DNA of 64,000 nucleotides from Nemertoderma westbladi. Taxonomy: Eukaryota; Animalia; Xenacoelomorpha. The notes under the pieces are model-generated. The model saw only the letters and a program-made list of their open reading frames with translations, ran no database searches and was not told the DNA's origin. Below are positions 54,701 to 64,000 of this stretch, one piece after another (the first letter of the stretch is position 1; each line of letters opens with the position of its first letter). A program made the translations under genes and the position numbers. The DNA is taken from contig JAUCBJ010002022.1 of NCBI GenBank assembly GCA_032718475.1, positions 1 to 64,000 of the forward strand, in the 5' to 3' direction.

Positions 54701-55149
54701 CACCAGTACGCGGTGTACCTTAGCACGCTTACTTCACCAGTACCCGTGGTACCTTAGCACGCTTACTTCACCAGTACGCGGTGTACCTTAGCACGCTTAC
54801 TTCACCACTACCCGTGGTACCTTAGCACGCTTCCTACTTCACCAGTACCCGTGGTACCTTAGCACGCTTACTTCACCAGTACGCGGTGTACCTTAGCACG
54901 CTTACTTCACCAGTACCCGTGGTACCTTAGCACGCTTACTTCACCAGTACGCGGTGTACCTTAGCACGCTTACTTCACCAGTACGCGGTGTACCTTAGCA
55001 CGCTTACTTCACCAGTACCCGTGGTACCTTAGCACGCTTACTTCACCAGTACGCGGTGTACCTTAGCACGCTTACTTCACCACTACCCGTGGTACCTTAG
55101 CACGCTTACTTCACTAATACCCGTGGTACCTTAGTACGCTTACTTCACA
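51702..55149. repeat. 34-bp minisatellite (with 37-bp variant), about 100 units, related to the 42-bp unit
   Basis: Unit gtaccttagcacgcttacttcaccagtacccgtg shares gtacctt, tagcacgc and ttcaccagtaccc with the adjoining 42-mer. Confidence 0.97.
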
Positions 55150-55481
55150 AGTATTTATTTTTTCAGTACGAAAGTATCCGACCTTTGCAACATGTTGGCT
55201 TGTAGACAATGACTGCACAGACTGGGTCAACATGTTGGCTATAAATATTTGGAAATATCGATAAATATTAACAATTTGGTGCAATTGCATCAGTACTGGT
55301 CTTTGTACAGATAGAGCGGTAATTGGACCTGAGGGAATTATGTATAACAAACAATGTGCTGCATGCGCATGTTATCGTGCCCATTCATCGCTCCATATCC
55401 AATCATCATTACTAAAACCTGAGCAGTTCATTTTATTTCGTGTTTTGTATGAATTAATTATTGTTTATCTTTCTCCTCCAG

Positions 55482-55869
55482 GGTGGCTCGGAAGTCTGAA
55501 TCATTGGACCGGCAGTCAAAGTCCAATACATTGCCACTCAGTGTGAGTATGCCGAGTTACAACGCAGCCTATGGGGTCGCTTACAAGGCCTGGGTCGACG
55601 GATCATTCCTGGAGGAATCTCGGCCTGCCTCCGAGGAACCCAGACGATGTTCGAGCGAGGAACGCTGTTCCGACACGGATCGTTCCTTCTACGTGTTCAG
55701 CCCTCGACACAACTTCGCGCGCACCAACTACTCAATGTCCCCACAGAATCAGAATTCGGCCAACCAATCGCTCGCTTCGTCCAATCAGCACCCGGCGACC
55801 AACCTTAAACGGTGGTCAACATCTCCGCCTCCCAGGCATTCTAGACTCTACCCCTTGGCTGAGTTACAG
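55482..55869 (+). CDS. ABLIM: abLIM/UNC-115-like gene, exon E (Ser-rich linker plus start of villin headpiece)
   Basis: Strong acceptor tctttctcctccag|G, phase 2. Translates VARKSESLDRQSKSNTLP...RLYPLAELQ, where KSxTLP and the YPxxxL headpiece start are family motifs. Donor CAG|gttggt, phase 0. Confidence 0.82.
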
Positions 55870-56975
55870 GTTGGTTATCACACCCCACATAACGGTCGGT
55901 ATATATTTATTTACTATATAGTATACTATATTTATTATTATACTTTATTTAGTAGGCGGCACAACATTTACAATGTTCTGCTTACAGGTGTAATTTTATT
56001 CATACTGTAATACCGCTGCATAGTTAAATGACAATAAATAATTACTAAGGCATCTTCATTCAGTCTCAAGCTGTCAATGCAACTTTATTTTTATTTTCAT
56101 TTCGGACGTTTTCATTTACAAACCGAAAATAAATTGAAATACCATTGGGAGCTTCAAGCCAGAACCGAAGTTCTAATAATATTATATTTGTATATAGCCG
56201 GAGTCGTATGATAATTTATATATGCTCTATTGCTGTATGTTGTGGCATAAATTATCAAAATAAATATTTTTATAATTTATTATTGGTGTTTTGGCTTCCA
56301 TCTTGACGTCATTGCCGACTTTGCAAAGGCTGTGCCCATAAAAATTATAATCAAAATAAATTAAAGGCTAAACTGATAAAGCTCCTTCAATCCATTTGAC
56401 GTAACTGCTGTCCAATTAGTCGAAAATGTGAGTCAGGAGAGCTCATTAAATCATGTGGCTCGCCCCATGAGGACGAACAACAATATGGCTTATGCTTGCA
56501 ACGAGCTACCTATATTTCTCATTAGTATTTGCATGAGATGCACAATATTTGAATGGGGTGATATTCAGTGAGGCGTCACTACTGCGCCTGTACCATTGAA
56601 TGGCGTTGTCATTCCTTGGCTCCATATTCAGTATTCTCAATCAACCGTATTTTTATGGTAGTTTGGGTTCATAAGCTTGTAGCTTGTCAAATAGCGACTG
56701 TCTCATAATTTAAATTGATACGTCTGGGTTGTTTAGTGACATGAGTTTTGGAATAAATAAATAATTATAGAACTTTAATTTCTAAATTTTATTTTATCTA
56801 AATTGTAATATATCAAAATCTATGAGACCTTCAATGGACAGAACATGATCAACCGAATATTTTTAATGACTTTAATTAATTTGCTCTTTCCCACTTCGAA
56901 CTGAAGGGCGAAAGGCTGTTTCATTAAGCTGACGAGGAGGTAGAACTACGAAAATATAAAATACTAAATTATGGT

Positions 56976-57444
56976 CTCCTCTGTTATCTGTAAACCCTTC
57001 CTTCTACCGGCCTCCTCTGTTATCTGTAAACCCTTCCTTCTACCGGCCTCCTCTGTTATCTGTAAACCCTTCCTTCTACCGGCCTCCTCTGTTATCTGTA
57101 AACCCTTCCTTCTACCGGCCTCCTCTGTTATCTGTAAACCCTTCCTTCTACCGGCCTCCTCTGTTATCTGTAAACCCTTCCTTCTACCGGCCTCCTCTGT
57201 TATCTGTAAACCCTTCCTTCTACCGGCCTCCTCTGTTATCTGTAAACCCTTCCTTCTACCGGCCTCCTCTGTTATCTGTAAACCCTTCCTTCTACCGGCC
57301 TCCTCTGTTATCTGTAAACCCTTCCTTCTACCGGCCTCCTCTGTTATCTGTAAACCCTTCCTTCTACCGGCCTCCTCTGTTATCTGTAAACCCTTCCTTC
57401 TACCGGCCTCCTCTGTTATCTGTAAACCCTTCCTTCTACCGGCC
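56976..57444. repeat. 36-bp minisatellite, about 13 identical copies
   Basis: Unit cctcctctgttatctgtaaacccttccttctaccgg. Confidence 0.96.
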
Positions 57445-58095
57445 ATTTCGCGGGAATTACTTCTTTGTTTTCAGTTCTTTTCGTTCGAATTTCAATATAT
57501 ACCTGAGTGTAGCAAAAACAATGCATTACGTTTGGTCAGGTGCAGTTCTTTTTTTTTTGCTTGTACAATAAAATGAAATTTAAGTGTGCAGTTGTAGGAC
57601 ACCAGTTCGATCCCACCTGGACGACATTGCAGACTTTGGTAAGCTATGCCAACGAGTGATAATGCAATATGAAGGTCGACTGTGCAACGCAATATGATGA
57701 GGTAGTAAACTGTTATCGCAATGAATTGTATCAACTTTATGCCCGTCTGACTGTTTCCCCAAGGTGACACAACCAACCACTATGATAACGATCCACGTGG
57801 CACTCCCATCACGGTGGATCCACTATGGGTGAGGACAAAGGTCACTAATAATATCAGTACTAATAACCAAGGCTAATATCTTCACATTCGTAACTCCTTA
57901 CAGCTTGTATTTTAATAATTCTTATCAACAGATTGAAAATAATATTTCAGTCCTGTAAGGAACTTTTTCTTTTATAAAAATAATTATTTACTGTTAATGT
58001 TAGTTATGGCGTCATGCGAGTAAAATAAGTACTAGCTGGAATACCCGCCCTCGCTGGCGGTTACCGGCATATTGTATCTTAGCAGTCTATAAAAG

Positions 58096-58264
58096 AGTTT
58101 GTAGCTAAGTTAAGTTTGTAGCTAAGTTAAGTTTGTAGCTAAGTTAAGTTTGTAGCTAAGTTAAGTTTGTAGCTAAGTTAAGTTTGTAGCTAAGTTAAGT
58201 TTGTAGCTAAGTTAAGTTTGTAGCTAAATTAAGTTTGTAGCTAAGTTAAGTTTGTAGCTGAGTT
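58096..58264. repeat. 17-bp tandem repeat, possibly inside a small Helitron-like element (about 58031-58348)
   Basis: (agtttgtagctaagtta)n, about 10 copies. Preceded by actagctggaatacccgccctcgctggcgg and followed by tttattatattacataga. Confidence 0.85.
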
Positions 58265-59164
58265 TCACTGTATTATGATGTACTGATGAACACAGAACTT
58301 TATTGGCGTTCAAACCGACTTTATTTTTTTTTATTATATTACATAGACTAAGCAGTATAAACAAACGCAATAAGCAGTACTTGGTGGTCAACTATATAAA
58401 GAAATGTATCGATTATTTGGGTTATTATTTCGGTTATTAATTATTTAAGGGGGTAAAATTAAGTTTACGCTGTATGAAAATAGCACAGGTCGATTCGCTG
58501 TGTCCCATTCTCATAAAGTTTTTATTTATCCAGTGTTTAATATAAAGATGTATGGTGATTTATTTATTAAAAATTAAATACAATAATTGAGTTACACAAT
58601 TGAGTTGAGTACAATAATATATAATATTCGCCCAAGCAGCCTCAAATCTGCTTAAGTTAGTGAATGGGGAGGATTTTTCTCCATGTTATTGTAGACGTTA
58701 ACGTAATTATAATTATTTAACTCCAGCTGGCTGAGGTAGCAAGTAAATCCAATGGTTGGGGTGGGGTGTCTGTCTGTTGGGAACTGGTCATGACAGACAT
58801 TAATTATGCTTTCTCCATGGTTGCATGTAGAGATAGGTTTATTGGCTTTGCCATTGGAGATATCAGCCAATCAGATTTCTACGTTTGGTAAACGTAGCGG
58901 AAATGAAATTAATTTCTACCAGCTTACTCCTAGTATTACGCAATGAACAAATGCAGTTACAGATTATTATTTACTATTCCCTCTTGAAAGCCTTTTGCAG
59001 ACGTTCATAATTTTATAGATTTATATATTATTTTATAGAGATGTCCAGTCCAGTATGGTATCTAGAGAGGTCTAGGACTAGGACATTTTGGATATACATA
59101 GTATATACAGTACCAATATTGTTATGGTGATGGGATTATATATTACCGTACCGTACCTTACGCT

Positions 59165-59211
59165 TATGTATGTTTGTATGTATGTATGTGTGTATGTATG
59201 TATGTATGTAT
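59165..59211. repeat. (TATG)n microsatellite upstream of MTP
   Basis: Imperfect tatg run. Confidence 0.85.
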
Positions 59212-59501
59212 CGTAACTCCGTAGATAGTGCAGAGTTTATAATGTATATCCTAAACGGACATTTAGGATAAAAGTTACAGTAGTATTTTAATTTTCGAAT
59301 AAGTGATAGATTATTTAGGCTTCAACTAAACTTACTAGTATTTATATTGCATGGAATTATTTTTTTATTCCCACGAACTCACTGTATTGACTCACTAATG
59401 AACTTTAATATTTCAGTGTAAAAAAAGTGGATTTTCCCAGTGCTATTATTAGGCTCTAAGAATTTGTTAAGTTCTGAGTTAATTAATTGGTTTAAAGAAA
59501 G

Positions 59502-62099
59502 ATGTCTCGAGCTGCTACTATGTTTGTATTCACCGCCAGTGCATTCTCAGTAGTGAGTCTCATTCCTATTGGGTCTGCTGCCATTCTAGAATATCAGACT
59601 GAGCATTCCTATAGGTACACCTTGAAAGTGGAGACCTTATTTCAAGATAACAGACCCAGGACGAGTTCCTTCGCCACCAAGAGTCCGTTAGAGGAATCAC
59701 AGAAACATGAACTAATTCTCAGTTACATCGCAGTGGGGAGTAAGGCCTTGTATGCCGTATGGTCTACTAAGGATGCTAATTTTATTCCATTTAGTTTCAA
59801 TCTTCTGCCTTCTGGGTTTGTTGATAAAGTATATTTTTCAAGCAAAGACACATCGTATGTCTCCAGGGCAACTAAGAAAGCAATATCTCGATTGTTTGAA
59901 GTACAGGGTGACGGCAAATACCCTGTAAGGACGCTAGATGGCAGAAAATGTACTGCAGTCTACAAAACACATTCATCTTCCATTGTGAAATTATTGAGTG
60001 AGTGTGAGGGATTAGCGCCCCCTAGCGGCGTTCGCGGTAGTACCTACCGCAGCACTGTTGGCACTCACATCAGTCTGCTGGACAATAAAGTGATTAACCT
60101 GTCGGAAATAGAGGAGGAACACACAATAGCTTCGGAACTGGTTCCCAATTTGGGTGCCACTGTACGATCTACGGTAACTCTGGAACTAAAATCCGTCATA
60201 CCAGGTGGAAAGTACCAATGGAAAGGCGGCATCGATAGTACCTTGGTGAACATCCTGGGGAAGGGTTACGTTACAGAAGATCCTTTAATTGATGGGTCTG
60301 TCGATCACAGTGTAAAAACCGATAAATCGTTCTCAAAACTTGTTAAAGAGAATTATTCCGCACTGCAGTCATGGAATCTTGCAACCATCGCAAGCGCACA
60401 ATCATTCATTTCATTGGTTAATTTTATCAGAGCACATGGAACTCGAGTTGTTCTAAAGGAACAACTGGAAAATAGTAATAATAAGGCAATTATTCTCCAA
60501 CTAATAGATATCTATGTGGCCGCGAACACAGAGGAGTCATTAGGGGCTCTTCTTGTTCGGTTGGATTTCAACAAACACGAGGGAATCCTGGAGGAAGAAC
60601 GTTTCCTATTGGCTATCGGTAGATTGCAACGTCCACCTGTGTGGTTATTAGATAAACTATTAACTTTATCCCAATCCAATATGGACAATAGCCATTTAAA
60701 GACATCCGTTACTCTCGCGGTGGGTTCCCTATATGCGTCGTATTGCCGGAGCGGCGGCGTGAATTGTATCGGTGATAAAACAGCCTCGAGAATCTCTAAA
60801 TACCTGCTGGACGCTTTCTCGAATAGTAAATCAGCGGAAGTTAGTGCCAATTATCTCGCGGCCATTAAGAATTCAGGGTTGACACCCGACGTGATAGAAA
60901 CGGCTGTCAATGGGGAGGAATCACTGAGTATTCTTACTCTTCAGCTTATCTCCACCTACCCACGCGAATATTTCACTGACAGGATTAAGGACTATCTTTT
61001 ACGTATCGCCTTGCGCTGGCACCCTCGGGGTCACAATGCCACTGCTAGGATGCTCGCAGCCGAGGCCTTGCTGTCCCACGGCCCAAGTCCCCAGCAATGC
61101 GAGGCTTTACTCGAGTCGGTTCGGGATCGCAGTTTGAGGGAAGTAGCTACGTTTATACTCCGTAAGATTCAGGATGTTGTTAGTTCTAAAGGTCCGTCCG
61201 CCACTACCTTGGCAACACTTCTACGACGTCCGGAGTTCAATAACTACGATTTCTTGGCTCCGGGAGGGAAGTCCAGCTCTTTGCGCGGAGTTGTGGCCCA
61301 GTCTGGTCCCGCGACGTCCTACTTCGTGTCGGCCACAATGTTCGGAAACTTTACCACAATCAGTAGAAGTTCCAACTCGTTCTACGTATCGACGGGGGTT
61401 AACGATACGTTGACCTTCGTCTCCGTCGATGTCGGGCTCAGCGGTATCGACGGTTTAGTCGCGACAGACGCCCCTCAGGAGGAGCTCGATAAAGACCCTG
61501 AGGCCTGGCTCGGGTTGACCTTCATGGGCGGTCTCGTGCGGCCTCGTCAGCTGTTCCACGGACAGGGTGACGTCATGGGGAAGGTATGGAGTTACTCTGG
61601 GGCTGGACCAATCACAGCCCTGCAGTGCCTCTCCCCTTTGCTGGATTATCAGCGCCATCTAGTGTTACAGTCCGGTTATGTGATACGGGTTCGTTACATG
61701 GCTGGATTAAGTATGAATCTAGACGGAGCCTTCGATGTTAGTCTGTGGTCCCGTAACGCGGAGACCAATGTCCGTAGTCAGGGGGCTGTTGCCATGGTAG
61801 CCACGGTAGACGTGGATTTCGGTGCTTCGGTCGTGCAGTTGACGGCCAACGTATCAGCGCAATCGGAAATGGATTTCTCGTCTAAAGTTGATTTCTACAA
61901 CCAGCCAGCCAGAGTTTGTCTACGGATGAGTCAGTTAGATTCTCGTTACTACGAGACCTATTCCCGTACTCATGGCAACCGGGTACCCAAACAAAGTCCG
62001 ACGGTTGTCCGACGGTCGTACACCGCTCCTGGTCGTACTTATAGACTAACCAATCTCAATTCCATCATGTGCAACGAAATGTTTGGATCGTACGATTAG
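59502..62099 (+). CDS. MTTP: Microsomal triglyceride transfer protein large subunit (LLTP family), intronless, 865 aa
   Basis: Uninterrupted non-repetitive ORF with a hydrophobic N-terminal signal-like segment and a length typical of MTP. Motifs include ERFLLAIG, NNYDFLA.GG.S, ITALQ...LLDY, GLSMNLDGAFDVSLWSRNA, VCLRMSQ and the terminal PGRTY.L...NSIMCNEM, all resembling invertebrate MTP. Confidence 0.88.
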   Translation: MSRAATMFVFTASAFSVVSLIPIGSAAILEYQTEHSYRYTLKVETLFQDNRPRTSSFATKSPLEESQKHELILSYIAVGSKALYAVWSTKDANFIPFSFNLLPSGFVDKVYFSSKDTSYVSRATKKAISRLFEVQGDGKYPVRTLDGRKCTAVYKTHSSSIVKLLSECEGLAPPSGVRGSTYRSTVGTHISLLDNKVINLSEIEEEHTIASELVPNLGATVRSTVTLELKSVIPGGKYQWKGGIDSTLVNILGKGYVTEDPLIDGSVDHSVKTDKSFSKLVKENYSALQSWNLATIASAQSFISLVNFIRAHGTRVVLKEQLENSNNKAIILQLIDIYVAANTEESLGALLVRLDFNKHEGILEEERFLLAIGRLQRPPVWLLDKLLTLSQSNMDNSHLKTSVTLAVGSLYASYCRSGGVNCIGDKTASRISKYLLDAFSNSKSAEVSANYLAAIKNSGLTPDVIETAVNGEESLSILTLQLISTYPREYFTDRIKDYLLRIALRWHPRGHNATARMLAAEALLSHGPSPQQCEALLESVRDRSLREVATFILRKIQDVVSSKGPSATTLATLLRRPEFNNYDFLAPGGKSSSLRGVVAQSGPATSYFVSATMFGNFTTISRSSNSFYVSTGVNDTLTFVSVDVGLSGIDGLVATDAPQEELDKDPEAWLGLTFMGGLVRPRQLFHGQGDVMGKVWSYSGAGPITALQCLSPLLDYQRHLVLQSGYVIRVRYMAGLSMNLDGAFDVSLWSRNAETNVRSQGAVAMVATVDVDFGASVVQLTANVSAQSEMDFSSKVDFYNQPARVCLRMSQLDSRYYETYSRTHGNRVPKQSPTVVRRSYTAPGRTYRLTNLNSIMCNEMFGSYD

Positions 62100-63584
62100 T
62101 ATTTATATATATATATTGATCTTATTGATGGTGTTCGTTATGGAATTTTAGTAGTGGGCACGTTAATAACCATTACTAAGAATGTCATTGTAATTCCACA
62201 CCTATAGTTTAGTATTTTGTTTATTACTACAATTAATAACCTGTGCATTGGCGGTGTTTGTTTTATAAGTCGAATTGTTTGAAAACAATGAATTTGAATT
62301 GAATATGAATGGAAATCGAAATAGAAATAATATTGTTGTAAATATTGGTATTATTAACAACACAATGCTACCTGGGGTGTTATATCTCGTGCATCTGGGG
62401 TGTTATATCTCATGCAGGTTGGCCATCTATCTACGTTATTGAATATCCCGGTTTACAATCAAGTTCTTCCTAAGAGTGTTTTATTAGCGCGGTTCGCCTT
62501 ACCTTACCAATAAACACTGAGTAAGATTCGTTACCGAAGCTTGGAGGACAGTAAGCTTTGAGTTCAGGGTTTACTCAAGTTGGGGCGACATCAGCATGGT
62601 GTATTATCGATTTAGAAATCATTAAAATGTCAGTTGGAATTAGTTTTAGACCGAAAGGAACACGAGGGATATCTGGGGATAGAAAACAATTACAAACATC
62701 ACACAAATAGTATATTTGTATATATATACTGCAAACAGTATATTTGTGGGACAGTGCCCCCCCCCCCCCCCCCCCCCCAACTTTCTGACTGCGTAACCAT
62801 AACTAATATCTCTAAGCTAAATAAATACCTGAAATGGTCAACTTGGGTAATTAATTTCTCAAGGAAATCTCATCACAGCAATTGGAATTATGCGGTTTTC
62901 AGTCTTATCAGCCTTCCCTCAGGATGAAGGCCTGATTAATTGTTAAGTTGTATTTTTTGAGGGAAGTTATTTATTGGCCCTTCAAGTTGCTCAGGAATTA
63001 TCATTAAAAGGCATGTAAAAGACATGTGACCACACTCGACCTCGACGGGTCCCCATTGACGACGGGACCCTGGGTGCAGCCCCCATCCCCTCCTTAAGAC
63101 GGCTCTGAGAGGTGCAGTCGCATTACAGCAGCTGTACATTCACTATAGTGAAGTAAAGTAGAGATTACAGATCTAGGTGATTAACTTTACAATGTAACTG
63201 AAACTGATACTGGAAGAAGTTGTCGACGCAAATACAACAAACAAATCCTTTGTTTAATTATAAATACATTAAGCTAACGCCAACAGACTCTACTGATTAC
63301 AGGCACTGCAAGCGTTACATTTTGCTTTCACTTTTTACAGCGTGGTTGAGATTTCTTATAAATATTAATTAGTTCAGAACTTTTCTACTTGAAACTCTGT
63401 TAAAACCTCATTTGAGAACAAAATTCAATTAAAAATTGTACCCTTTTTTATGAACAATAATTATATATCTATTTTTTTTATCGGCAATGGTTTCGTTACA
63501 ATTTTAGATTTAACGACATAGTAAAAAAACTAGATTTCTTGCTTGTAACTATTAGAGACTCTAATCATTATTTTCTATTTGCAG

Positions 63585-63749
63585 CGGACGCCGGGTAAGA
63601 AGTTACCACGAGACGTGGATTCTCGCAACCTCGATCTGCATCTGTCCCCTTCGGACTTCCAGAAAGCGTTTCAGATGAGACCAGAAGAATTCTACTCGTT
63701 ACCCAAATGGAAACGCGTTGAGTACAAACGGAAAGTCCATCTCCACTGA
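63585..63749 (+). CDS. ABLIM: abLIM/UNC-115-like gene, terminal exon (villin headpiece domain)
   Basis: Acceptor ttttctatttgcag|, phase 0. Translates RTPGKKLPRDVDSRNLDLHLSPSDFQKAFQMRPEEFYSLPKWKRVEYKRKVHLH*, matching the headpiece pattern LPxDVD..HLS..F..F.M...F..LP.WK. Absent from the ORF track. Confidence 0.92.
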   Translation, partial: RTPGKKLPRDVDSRNLDLHLSPSDFQKAFQMRPEEFYSLPKWKRVEYKRKVHLH

Positions 63750-63972
63750 TTCTAGTGTGTACGTCTACTTTACGACCTAATTAATACTTGGTTCTATATT
63801 AAATGACGCAGACGGAGTATATTACATTATGCGGCGTATATTGTATGGTTTATGCACACATTGTTCCAGATAATAATTTCTGCACACATTGTTCTTAATA
63901 TTTTTTGCATACATTGTGCTGTGCATTAATAGACATTGTAGATTGTTCTGTGTAGTACTATTAATTTATGTA

Positions 63973-63978
63973 AATAAA
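63973..63978 (+). promoter_or_regulatory. Candidate polyadenylation signal of the abLIM-like gene
   Basis: AATAAA about 225 nt after the TGA, in an AT-rich 3' UTR. Confidence 0.45.
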
Positions 63979-64000
63979 TTATACTATACAGAATATAATA

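Noticed and set aside
7810-55149. CRISPR-like arrays
   Set aside because: Units are head-to-tail with no unique spacers, there are no cas genes, and the context is a spliced eukaryotic gene.
56900-56975. Hammerhead ribozyme-like core ctgacga...gaaa
   Set aside because: I could not build a canonical stem II closing pair or convincing stems I and III by eye. An Infernal scan with hammerhead models would settle it.
56964-57576. 160-aa and 201-aa repeat ORFs on both strands
   Set aside because: They come from the 36-bp minisatellite, which has identical units and is not at an identifiable splice site.
59417-59502. In-frame abLIM-MTP fusion protein
   Set aside because: Both candidate acceptors are out of frame with the MTP ATG and reach a stop codon first.
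63040-63080. GC-rich hairpin gggtccc / gggaccc
   Set aside because: The 7-bp stem is short and has no supporting motif, so it is compatible with chance.

Overview
AT-rich eukaryotic (invertebrate-looking) genomic DNA, more than half of it tandem repeat. The main gene is on the + strand and encodes an actin-binding LIM protein of the abLIM/UNC-115 type. Six coding exons are visible between 26389 and 63749: LIM2 (C-terminal half), LIM3, LIM4, the abLIM linker and a villin headpiece. Its 5' exons were not found. An intronless 865-aa microsomal triglyceride transfer protein large subunit (MTP) ORF lies inside the last intron on the same strand. Three consecutive abLIM introns each open with a multi-kb minisatellite (22/23 bp, 43/32 bp, 42/34 bp) built from the exon tail and 5' splice site, so the donor motif is copied about 100-370 times. 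A 16-kb 60/64-bp array with higher-order structure lies upstream. Non-autonomous DNA transposons fill much of the rest: a 2.65-kb foldback, a MITE with an 8-bp TSD, a CACTG-type element and nested Helentron/DINE-1-like elements. Nearly all long ORFs in the supplied track are repeat artefacts. Exon structure is inferred from splice motifs, phase and remembered family motifs, with no transcript data.
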